From NCBI GenBank assembly GCA_964016885.1, contig OZ024744.1, forward strand, positions 28,086,001 to 28,150,000: a stretch of 64,000 nucleotides of DNA, in the 5' to 3' direction. Below, in pieces: positions 31,951 to 46,500 of the stretch. Numbering within the stretch: position 1 is the stretch's first letter; every line of letters starts with the position of its first letter. The stretch is from Eledone cirrhosa. Lineage: Eukaryota. The translations under genes and the position numbers were made by a program. The notes below the pieces were generated by a model. The model had not been told where the DNA came from. It made no database searches and saw only the letters and a program-made list of their open reading frames with translations.

Positions 31951-34900
31951 ATGACAATAACAGTGATAACAGCGACAACTGCAACAACAACAGTGACATT
32001 ACAGTTATAACAGCGACAACAGCAGTGACAATAACAGTGATAACAGCGACAACAACAACAACAGTGACGATAACAGTGAAAACAGCGACAACAACAACAA
32101 CAATGACAATAACAGTGATAACAGGGACAACAATGACAGTAACAGTTATAACAGCGACAACAATGACAATAACAGTGATAACAGCGACAACAACAACAAC
32201 AGTGACAATAACAGTGATAACAGCGACAACAACAACAGTGACAATAACAGTTATAACAGGGACAACAACAACAACAGTGACAATAACAGTTATAACAGCG
32301 ACAACAACAACAGTGACAATAACAGTTATAACAGCGCCAACAACAACAACAGTGACAATAACAGTGATAACAGCGACAACAAAAACAAGAGTGACAATAA
32401 CATTTATAACAGCGACAACAACAGTGACAATAACAGTTATAACAGCGACAACAACAGTGACAATAACAGTTATAACAGCGACAACAACAACAGTGACAAT
32501 AACAGTGATAACAGCGACAACAACAACAACAACAATGACAATAACACCGATAACAGCGACAACAACAACAACAACAACAGTCACAATAACAGTGATAACA
32601 GCGATAACAACAACAACAACAGTGACCATAACAGTTATAACAGTGACAACAACAACAACAACAGCGACAACAACAACAAAAACAATTACAATAACAGTGA
32701 TAACAGTGACAACAACAACAACAACAGTGACAATAACAGCGATAACAGCGACAACAACAACAACAATGACAACAACAGTGATAACAGCGACAACCGCAAC
32801 AACAACAGTGACAATAACAGTGATAACAGCGACAACAGCAGTGACAATAACAGTGATAACAGCCAGAACAACAACAACGATCACGATGACAGTGATAACA
32901 GCGACAACAACAACAACAACAACAACAGTGACAATAACAGTGATAACAGCGACAACAACAACAACAATGACAATAACAGTGATAACAGCGACAACCGCAA
33001 CAACAACAGTGACATTACAGTTATAACAGCGACAACAACAGTGACAATAACAGTGATAACAGCGACAACAACAACAACAGTGACGATAACAGTGAAAACA
33101 GCGACAACAACAACAACAATGACAATAACAGTGATAACAGGGACAACAATGACAGTAACAGTTATAACAGCGACAACAATAATAACAGTGATAACAGCGA
33201 CAACAACAACAGTGACAATAACAGTTATAACAGGGACAACAACAACAACAGTGACAATAACAGTTATAACAGCGACAACAACAGTGACAATAACAATTAT
33301 AACAGCGACAACAACAACAACAGTGACAATAACAGTGATAACAGCGACAACAAAAACAACAGTGACAATAACATTTATAACAGTGACAACAACAACAGTG
33401 ACAATAACAGTGATAACAGCGACAATAACAACAACAGTGACAATAACAGTGATAACAGCGACAATAACAACAATAATGGCAATAACAGTGATAACAGCGA
33501 GAACAACAACAACAACAGTGACATTAACAGTTATAACAGCGACAACAACAACAACAATGACCGTAACAGTGATAACAGCGAGAACAACAACAACAACAAC
33601 AACAATGACAATAACAGTGATAACAGCGACAACAATAACAACAACAACAGTGACAGTTGTAACAGCGACAACCACAACAGTGACAATAACAGTTATAACA
33701 GCGACAACAACAGTGACAATAACAGTGATAACAGCGACAACAACAACAACAACAATGACAATAACAGCGATAACAGCGACAACAACAACAACAGTGACAA
33801 TAACAGTGATAACAGCGATAACAACAACAACAACAACAGTGACCATAACAGTTGTAACAGCGACAACAACAACAACAATGACAATAACAGTGATAACAGC
33901 GACAACCGCAACAACAACAGTGACAATAACAGTGATAACAGCGACAACAGCAGTAAAAATAACAGTGATAACAGCCAGAACAACAACAACGATCACGATG
34001 ACAGTGATAACAGCGGCAACAACAACAACAATAGTGACAATTACAGTGATAACAGCGAGAACAACAACAACAACAGTGACAATAACAGTGATAACAGCGA
34101 GAACAACGACAACAACAACAACAGTGACAATAACAGTTATAACAGCGACAATAACAACAACAATGACAATAATAGTTATAACAGCGACAACAACAACATC
34201 ATCAATGACAATAACAGTGATAAAAGCGACAACAACAACAACAGTGACAATAACAGTGATAACTGCGACAACAACAACAACATTGACAATAATAGTGATA
34301 ACAGCGACAATAACAACAACAATGACAATACCAGTGATAACAGCGACACGAACAACAACAACAATGACAATAACAGTGATAACAGCGAGAACAACAACAA
34401 CAACAGTGACATTAACAGTTATAACAGCGACAACAATAACAACAACAGTGACCATAACAGTGATAACAGCGAGAACAACAACAACAACAATGACAATAAC
34501 AGTGATAACAGCGACAACAACAACAACAACAACAATGACAGTTGTAACAGCGACAACAACAACAGTGACAATAACAGTTATAACAGCGACAACAACAGTG
34601 ACAATAACAGTCATAACAGCGACAACAACAACAGTGACAATAACAGTGATAACAGCGACAACAACAACAACAACAATGACAATAACACCGATAACAGCGA
34701 CAACAACAACAACAATAGTCACAATAACAGTGATAACAGCGATAACAACAACAACAACAACAGTGACAATAACAGTTATAACAGCGACAATAACAACAAC
34801 AATGACAATAACAGTGATAACAGCGACAACACCAACAACAACATCAATGACAATAACAGTGATAAAAGCGACAACAACAACAACAGTGACAATAACAGTG

Positions 34901-36129
34901 ATAACAGCGACAACAACAACAACATTGACAATAACAGTGATAACAGCGACAACAAGAACAACAGTGACATTAACAGTTATAACAGCGACTATAACAACAA
35001 CAGTGACACTAAAAGTTATAACACCGACAACAACAACTGACAATAACAGTGACAACAGCGACAACAACAACAACAACAATGCCAATAATAGTTATAGCAG
35101 CGACAACAACAACAGTAACTAATAACAGTTATATCACCGACAGCAACAACAACAACAGTGACAATAACAGTTATAACAGCGACAACAACAGTGACAATAA
35201 CAGTTATAACAGCGACAACAGCAGTGACAATAACAGTGATAACAGACAGAACAACAACAACAACGATCACGATGACAGTGATAGCAGCGACAACAACAAC
35301 AACAACAGTGACAATAACATTTATAACAGTGACAACAACAACAGTGACAATAACAGTGATAACAGCGACAACAACAAAAACAGTGACGATAACAGTGAAA
35401 ACAGCGACAACAACAACAACAATGACAATAACAGTGAAAACAGCGACGACAACAACAACAACAATGACAATAACAGTGATAACAGGGACAACAATGACAG
35501 TAACAGTTAGAACAGCGACAACAATGACAATAACAGTGATAACAGCGACAACAACAACAACAGTGACAATAACAGTGATAACAGCGACAACAACAACAAC
35601 AGTGACAATAACAGTTATAACAGGGACAACAACAACAACAGTGACAATAACAGTTACAACAGTGACAACAACAACAACAGTGACAATAACAGTGATAACA
35701 GCGACAACAACAACAACAGTGACAATAACAGTTATAACAGCGACAACAACAGTGACAATAACAGTTATAACAGCGACAACAACAACAGTGACAATAACAG
35801 TGATAACAGCGACAACAACAACAACAACAATGACAATAACACCGATAACAGCGACAACAACAAAAACAACAACAGTCACAATAACACTGATAACAGCGAT
35901 AACAACAACAACAACAACAACAGCGACAACAACAACAAAAACAATTACAATAACAGTGACAACAGTGACAACAACAACAACAACAGTGACAATAACAGCG
36001 ATAACAGCGACAGCAACAACAACAATGACAACAACAGTGACAATAACAGTGATAACAGCGACAACAGCAGTGACAATAACAGTGATAACAGCCAGAACAA
36101 CAACAACGATCACGATAACAGTGATAACA

Positions 36130-39100
36130 GCGACGACAACAACAACAACAACAACAGTGACAATAACAGTGATAACACCGACAACAACAACAACAATGAC
36201 AATATCAGTGATAACAGCGACAACCGCAACAACAACAGTGACATTACAGTTATAACAGCGACAACAACAGTGACAATAACAGTGATAACAGCGACAACAA
36301 CAACAACAGTGACGATAACAGTGAAAACAGCGACAACAACAACAATGACAATAACAGTGATAACAGGGACAACAATGACAGTAACAGTTATAACAGCGAC
36401 AACAATGACAATAACAGTGATAACAGCGACAACAACAACAACAGTGACAATAACAGTGATAACAGCGACAACAACAACAGTGACAATAACAGTGATAACA
36501 GCGACAACAAAAACAACAGTGACAATAACATTTATAACAGTGACAACAACAACAACAGTGACAATAACAGTGATAACATCGACAACAACAACAACAGTGA
36601 CCATAACAGTGATAACAGCGAGAACAACAACAACAACAATGACAATAACAGTGATAACAGCGACAACAACAACAATAACAACAACAATGACAGTTGTAAC
36701 AGCGACAACAACAACAGTGACAATAACAGTTATAACAGCGACAACAACAGTGACAATAACAGTGATAACAGCGACAACAACAACAACAACAATGACAATA
36801 ACAGCGATAAAAGCGACAACAACAACAACAGTGAAAATAACAGTGATAACAGCGATAACAACAACAACAACAACAGTGACCATAACAGTTATAACAGCGA
36901 CAACAACAACAACAGCGACAACAACAACAAAAACAATGACAATAACAGTGATAACAGCGACAACAACAACAACAACAGTGACAATAACAGCGATAAAAGC
37001 GACAACAACAACAACAATTACAATAACAGTGATAACAGCGACAACCGCAACAACAACAGTGACAATAACAGTGATAACAGCGACAACAGCAGTGAAAATA
37101 ACAGTGATAACAGCCAGAACAACAACAACGATCACGATGACAGTGATAACAGCGACAACAACAACAACAGTGACAATAACAGTGATAACAGCGACAACAA
37201 CAACAACAGTGACAATTAGAGTGATAACAGCGAGAACAACAACAACAACAGTGACAATAACAGTGATAACAGCGAGAACAACAACAACAACAACAACAGT
37301 GACAATAACAGTTATAACAGCGACAATAACAACAACAATGACAATAACAGTGATAACAGCGACAACAACAACAACAACATCAATGACAATAACAGTGATA
37401 AAAGCGACAACAACAACAACAGTGACAATAACAGTGATAACAGCGACAACAACATTGACAATAACAGTGATAACAGCGACATTATCAACAACATTGACAA
37501 TAACAGTGATAACAGCGACAATAACAACAACAATGACAATATCAGTGATAACAGCCACAGGAACAACAACAACAATGACAATAACAGTGATAACAGCGAG
37601 AACAATAACAACAACAGCGACATTAACAGTTATAACAGCGACAACAGCAACAACAGTGACCATAACAGTGATAACAGCGAGAACAACAAAAACAACAATA
37701 ACAATAACAGTTATAACAGCGACAACAACAACAACAACAATGACAGTTGTAACAGCGACAACAACAAGAGTGACAATAACAGTTATAACAGCGACAACAA
37801 CACTGACAATAACAGTTATAACAGCGACAACAACAACAGTGACAATAACAGTGATAACAGCGACAACAACAACAACAACAATGACAATAACAGCGATAAC
37901 AGCGACAACAACAACAACAACAACTACAGTCACAATAACAGTGATAACAGTGATAACAACAACAACAACAACAGTGACCATAACAGTGAAAACAGCGACA
38001 ACAACAACAACAATGACAATAACAGTGATAACAGCGACAACAATAATAACAACAGTGATAATAACATTTATAACAGTGACAACAACAACAGTGATAATAG
38101 CGACAACAACAACAGTGACGATAACAGTGAAAACAGCGACGAGAACAACAACAACAATGACAATAACAGTGATAACAGGGACAACAATGACAGTAACAGT
38201 TATAACAGCGACAACAATGACAATAACAGTGATACCAGCGACAACAACAACAGTGACAATAACAGTGATAACAGCGACAACAACAACAGTGACAATAACA
38301 GTTATAACAGGGACAACAGCAACAACAGTGACAATAACAGTTATAACAGCGACAACAACAACAGTGACAATAACAGTTATAACAGCGACAACAACAACAA
38401 CAGTGACAATAACAGTGATACCAGCGACAACAAAAACAACAGTGACAATAACATTTATAACAGTGACAACAACAACAACAGTGACAATAACAGTGATAAC
38501 AGCGACAACAACAACAACAGTGACAATAACAGTGATAACAGCGACAATAACAACAACAATGGCAATAACAGTGATAACAGCGAGAACAACAACAACAACA
38601 GTGACATTAACAGTTATAACAGCGACAACAACAACAACAACAGTGACCATAACAGTGATAACAGCGAGAACAACAACAGTGACAATAACAGTGATAACAG
38701 CGACAACAACAACAGCAACAATGACAATAACACCGATAACAGCGACAACAACAACAACAGTCACAATAACACTGATAACAGCGATAACAACAACAACAAC
38801 AACAGCGACAACAACAACAACAAAAACAATTACAATAACAGTGATAACAGTGACAACAACAACAACAACAGTGACAATAACAGCGATAACAGCGACAGCA
38901 ACAACAACAATGACAACAACAGTGATAACAGCGACAACCGCAACAACAACAGTGACAATAACAGTGATAACAGCGACAACAGCAGTGACAATAACAGTGA
39001 TAACAGCCAGAACAACAACAACGATCACGATGACAGTGATAACAGCGACAACAACAACAACAGTGACAATAACAGTGATAACAGCGACAACAACAACAAC

Positions 39101-42100
39101 AATGACAATATCAGTGATAACAGCGACAACCGCAACAACAACAGTGACATTACAGTTATAACAGCGACAACAACAGTGACAATAACAGTGATAACAGCGA
39201 CAACAACAACAACAGTGACGATAACAGTGATAACAGCGACAACAACAACAACAGTGACAATAACAGTTATAACAGCGACAACAACAACAACAGCGACAAC
39301 AACAACAAAAACAATGACAATAACAGTGATAACAGCGACAACAACAACAACAACAGTGACAATAACAGCGATAAAAGCGACAACAACAACAACAATTACA
39401 ATAACAGTGATAACAGCGACAACCGCAACAACAACAGTGACAATAACAGTGATAACAGCGACAACAGCAGTGAAAATAACAGTGATAACAGCCAGAACAA
39501 CAACAACGATCACGATGACAGTGATAACAGCGACAACAACAACAACAACAGTGACAATAACAGTGATAACAGCGACAACAACAACAACAGTGACAATTAG
39601 AGTGATAACAGCGAGAACAACAACAACAACAGTGACAATAACAGTGATAACAGCGAGAACAACAACAACAGCAACAGTGACAATAACAGTTATAACAGCG
39701 ACAATAACAACAACAATGACAATAACAGTGATAACAGCGACAACAACAACAACAACATCAATGACAATAACAGTGATAAAAGCGACAACAACAACAACAG
39801 TGACAATAACAGTGATAACAGCGACAACAACAACAACAACAACAACAGTCACAATAACAGTGATAACAGTGATAACAACAACAACAACAACAGTGACCAT
39901 AACAGTGAAAACAGCGACAACAACAACAATGACAATAACAGTGATAACAGCGACAACAATAATAACAACAGTGATAATAACATTTATAACAGTGACAACA
40001 ACAACAGTGACAATAACAGTGATAACAGCGACAACAACAACAGTGACGATAACAGTGAAAACAGCGACGACAACAACAACAACAATGACAATAACAGTGA
40101 TAACAGGGACAACAATGACAGTAACAGTTATAACAGCGACAACAATGACAATAACAGTGATACCAGCGACAACAACAACAGTGACAATAACAGTGATAAC
40201 AGCGACAACAACATCAGTGACAATAACAGTTATAACAGGGACAACAGCAACAACAGTGACAATAACAGTTATAACAGCGGCAACAACAACAGTGACAATA
40301 ACAGTTATAACAGCGACAACAACAACAACAGTGACAATAACAGTGATAACAGCGACAACAAAAACAACAGTGACAATAACATTTATAACAGTGACAACAA
40401 CAACAACAGTGACAATAACAGTGATAACAGCGACAACAACAACAACAGTGACAATAACAGTGATAACAGCGACAATAACAACAACAATGGCAATAACAGT
40501 GATAACAGCGAGAACAACAACAACAACAGTGACATTAACAGTTATAACAGCGACAACAACAACAACAACAGTGACCATAACAGTGATAACAGCGAGAACA
40601 ACAACAATGACAATAACAGTGATAACAGCGACAACAACAACAACAACAATGACAATAACACCGATAACAGCGACAACAACAACAACAACAACAGTCACAA
40701 TAACACTGATAACAGCGATAACAACAACAACAACAACAACAACAGCGACAACAACAACAAAAACAATTACAATAACAGTGATAACAGTGACAACAACAAC
40801 AACAACAACAGTGACAATAACAGCGATAACAGCGACAGCAACAACAACAATGACAACAACAGTGATAACAGCGACAACCGCAACAACAACAGTGACAATA
40901 ACAGTGATAACAGCGACAACAGCAGTGACAATAACAGTGATAACAGCCAGAACAACAACAACGATCACGATGACAGTGATAACAGCGACAACAACAACAA
41001 CAACAACAGTGACAATAACAGTGATAACAGCGACAACAACAACAACAATGACAATATCAGTGATAACAGCGACAACCGCAACAACAACAGTGACATTACA
41101 GTTATAACAGCGACAACAACAGTGACAATAACAGTGATAACAGCGACAACAACAACAACAGTGACGATAACAGTGAAAACAGCGACAACAACAACAATGA
41201 CAATAACAGTGATAAAAGGGACAACAATGACAGTAACAGTTATAACAGCGACAACAATGACAATAACAGTGATAACAGCGACAACAACAACAACAGTGAC
41301 AATAACAGTGATAACAGCGACAACAACAACAGTGACAATAACAGTGATAACAGCGACAACAAAAACAACAGTGACAATAACATTTATAACAGTGACAACA
41401 ACAACAACAGTGACAATAACAGTGATAACATCGACAACAACAACAACAGTGACCATAACAGTGATAACAGCGAGAACAACAACAACAACAATGACAATAA
41501 CAGTGATAACAGCGACAACAACAACAATAACAACAACAATGACAGTTGTAACAGCGACAACAACAACAGTGACAATAACAGTTATAACAGCGACAACAAC
41601 AGTGACAATAACAGTGATAACTGCGACAACAACAACAACAACAATGACAATAACAGCGATAAAAGCGACAACAACAACAACAGTGAAAATAACAGTGATA
41701 ACAGCGATAACAACAACAACAACAGTGACCATAACAGTTATAACAGCGACAACAACAACAACAGCGACAACAACAACAAAAACAATGACAATAACAGTGA
41801 TAACAGCGACAACAACAACAACAACAGTGACAATAACAGCGATAAAAGCGACAACAACAACAACAATTACAATAACAGTGATAACAGCGACAACCGCAAC
41901 AACAACAGTGACAATAACAGTGATAACAGCGACAACAGCAGTGAAAATAACAGTGATAACAGCCAGAACAACAACAACGATCACGATGACAGTGATAACA
42001 GCGACAACAACAACAACAGTGACAATAACAGTGATAACAGCGACAACAACAACAACAGTGACAATTAGAGTGATAACAGCGAGAACAACAACAACAACAG

Positions 42101-43500
42101 TGACAATAACAGTGATAACAGCGAGAACAACAACAACAGTGACAATAACAGTTATAACAGCGACAATAACAACAACAATGACAATAACAGTGATAACAGC
42201 GACAAGAACAACAACAACATCAATGACAATAACAGTGATAAAAGCGACAACAACAACAACAGTGACAATAACAGTGATAACAGCGACAACAACATTGACA
42301 ATAACAGTGATAACAGCGACAATATCAACAACATTGACAATAACAGTGATAACAGCGACAATAACAACAACAATGACAATATCAGTGATAACAGCGACAG
42401 GAACAACAACAACAATGACAATAACAGTGATAACAGCGAGAACAATAACAACAACAGCGACATTAACAGTTATAACAGCGACAACAGCAACAACAGTGAC
42501 CATAACAGTGATAACAGCGAGAACAACAACAACAATAACAATAACAGTTATAACAGCGACAACAACAACAACAACAATGACAGTTGTAACAGCGACAACA
42601 ACAGTGACAATAACAGTTATAACAGCGACAACAACAACAGTGACAATAACAGTGATAACAGCGACAACAACAACAACAACAATGACAATAACAGCGATAA
42701 CAGCGACAACAACAACAACAACAACAACAGTCACAATAACAGTGATAACAGTGATAACAACAACAACAACAACAGTGACCATAACAGTGAAAACAGCGAC
42801 AACAACAACAACAATGACAATAACAGTGATAACAGCGACAACAATAATAACAACAGTGATAATAACATTTATAACAGTGACAACAACAACAGTGACAATA
42901 ACAGTGATAACAGCGACAACAACAACAGTGACGATAACAGTGAAAACAGCGACGACAACAACAAGAACAATGACAATAACAGTGATAACAGGGACAACAA
43001 TGACAGTAACAGTTATAACAGCGACAACAATGACAATAACAGTGATACCAGCGACAACAACAACAGTGACAATAACAGTGATAACAGCGACAACAACAAC
43101 AGTGACAATAACAGTTATAACAGGGACAACAGCAACAACAGTGACAATAACAGTTATAACAGCGACAACAACAACAGTGACAATAACAGTTATAACAGCG
43201 ACAACAACAACAACAGTGACAATAACAGTGATAACAGCGACAACAAAAACAACAGTGACAATAACATTTATAACAGTGACAACAACAACAACAGTGACAA
43301 TAACAGTGATAACAGCGACAACAACAACAACAGTGACAATAACAGTGATAACAGCGACAATAACAACAACAATGGCAATAACAGTGATAACAGCGAGAAC
43401 AACATCAACAACAGTGACATTAACAGTTATAACAGCGACAACAACAACAACAACAGTGACCATAACAGTGATAACAGCGAGAACAACAACAACAACAATG
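36130..43500. repeat. Three related type-B HOR copies (about 2.9, 1.9 and 2.4 kb)
   Basis: ORFs 36270 and 41122 (offset 4,852) are nearly co-linear for over 700 codons. 39176-41107 is an internally deleted version. Shared local variants are GCGATAAAAGCG, ACAATTAGAGTG, GTGATACCAGCG and GGGACAACAGCA. Confidence 0.82.
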
Positions 43501-46500
43501 ACAATAACAGTGATAACAGCGACAACAACAACAACAACAATGAGAGTTGTGACAGCGACAACAACAACAACAGTGACAATAACAGTTATAACAGCGACAA
43601 CAACAGTGACAATAACAGTGATAACAGCGAAAACAACAACAACAACAATGACAATAACAGTGATAACAGCGACAACAACAACGACAGTGTCAATAACAGT
43701 GATTACAGCTACAACAACAACAACAACAACAACAGTGACAATAACAATTATAACAGCAGCAACAACAACAACAACAGTGACAATAACAGTTATAACAGCG
43801 ACAACAACAACAACAACAGTGACAATAACAGTGATAACATCGAGAACAACAACAACCACAGTGACAATAACAGTTATAACCGTGACAACAACAACAATGA
43901 CAATAACAGTGATAACAGCGACAACAACAACAATGACAATAACAGTTATAACAGCGACAACAACACCAATAACAACAACAGTTATAACAGCGACAACGAC
44001 AACAACAACAGTGACAATAACAGTGATAACAGAGACAACAACAACAACAACAATGCCAATAACAGTTATAACAGCGTCAACAACAACAGAACAATAAAAG
44101 TGATAACAGCGACAACAACAACAACAGTGACAACAACAGTTATAACAGCGACAACAACAAAAACAACAATGACAATAACAGTTATAGCAGCGACAACAAC
44201 AACTAGGACAATAATAGTTATAACAGCGAGAACAACAACAGTAACTAATAACAGTTATAGCACCGACAGCAACAACAGCAACCGTGACAATAACAGTTAT
44301 AACAGCGACAACAACAGTGACATTAACAGTTATAACAGCGACAACAGCAGTGACAATAACAGTGATAACAGCCAGAACAACAACAACAACGATCACGATG
44401 ACAGTGATAACAGCGACAACAACAACAACAACAACAGTGAGAATAACAGTTATAACAGCGACAACAACAACAGTCAAAAGAACAGTTATGACAGCGACAA
44501 CAACAACAACAACAGTGACAATAACATTTATAACAATGACAACAACAACAGTGACAATAACAGTGATAACAGCGACAACAGCAACAACAGTGACGATAAC
44601 AGTGAAAACAGCGACAACAACAACAACAATGACAATAACAGTGATAACAGCGACAACAATAACAACAACAGTGACAATAACATTTATAACAGTGACAACA
44701 ACAACAGTGACAATAACAGTGATAACAGCGACAACAACAGTGACGATAACAGTGAAAACAGCGACGACAACAACAACAACAATGACAATAACAGTGATCA
44801 CAGGGACAACAATGACAGTAACAGTTATAACAGCGACAACAATGACAATAACAGTGATAACAGCGACAACAACAATAACATTGACAATAACAGTGATAAC
44901 AGCGACAACAACAACAGTGACAATAACAGTTATAACAGGGACAACAACAACAACAACAGTGACAATAACAGTTATAACAGCGACAACAACAACAGTGACA
45001 ATAACAGTTATCACAGCAACAACAACAACAATAGTGACAATAACAGTGATAACAGCGACAACAAAATCAACAGTGACAATAACATTTATAACAGTGACAA
45101 CAACAACAACAGTGACAATAACAGTGATAACAGCGGCAACAACAACAGTGACCATAACAGTGATAACAGCGAGAACAACAACAACAATAATGACAATAAC
45201 AGTGATAACAGCGACAACAACAACAACAACAACAATGACAGTTGTAACAGCGACAACCACAACAACAGTGACAATAACAGTTATAACAGCGACAACAAAA
45301 GTGACAATAATAGTGATAACAGCGACAACAACAACAACAATGACAATAAAAGCGATAACAGCGACAACAACAACACTGACAATAACAGTGATAACAGCGA
45401 TAACAACAACAACAACAGTGACCATAACAGTTATAACAGCGACAACAACAACAGCGACAACAACAACAAAAACAATGACAATAACAGTGATAACAGCGAC
45501 AACAACAACAACAGTGACAATAACAGCGATGACAGCGACAACAACAACAACAATGATAATAACAGTGATAAAAGCGACAACCGCAACAACAACAGTGACA
45601 ATAACAGTGATAACACCGACAACAGCAGTGAAAATACCAGTGATAACAGCCAGAACAACAACAACGATCACGATGACAGTGATAACAGCGACAACAACAA
45701 CAACAGTGACAATAACAGTGATAACAGCGACAACAACAACAACAGTGATAACAGCGAGAACAACAACAACAACAGTGACAATAACAGAGATAACAGCGAG
45801 AACAACAACAACAACAGTGACAATAACAGTTATAACAGCAACAATAACAACAAAAATGACAATAACAGTGATAACAGCGACAACAACAACAACATCAATG
45901 ACAATAACAGTGATAAAAGCGACAACAACAACAATGACAACAACAGTGATAACAGCGACAACCGCAACAACAACAGTGACAATAACAGTGATAACAGCGA
46001 CAACAGCAGTGACAATAACAGTGACAATAACAGTGATAACAGCGACAACAACAACAACAATGACAATAACAGTGATAACAGCGACAACCGCAACAACAAC
46101 AGTGACATTACAGTTATAGCAGCGACAACAACAGTGACAATAACAGTGATAACAGCGACAACAACAACAGTGACGATAACAGTGAAAACAGCGACAACAA
46201 CAACAATGACAATAACAGTGATAACAGGGACAACAATGACAGTAACAGTTATAACAGCGACAACAATGACAATAACAGTGATAACAGCGACAACAACAAC
46301 AACAACAGTGACAATAACAGTGATAACAGCGACAACAACAACAGTGACAATAACAGTTATAACAGCGCCAACAACAACAACAGTGACAATAACAGTGATA
46401 ACAGTGACAACAACAACAACAGTGACAATAACAGTGATAACATCGACAACAACAACAACAACAGTGACAATAACAGTGATAACAGCGACAATAACAACAA

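Noticed and set aside
44795-44800. Isolated TGATCA (BclI) palindrome
   Set aside because: It is a single A>C substitution in GTGATAAC. It is useful as a mapping marker but has no evident function.
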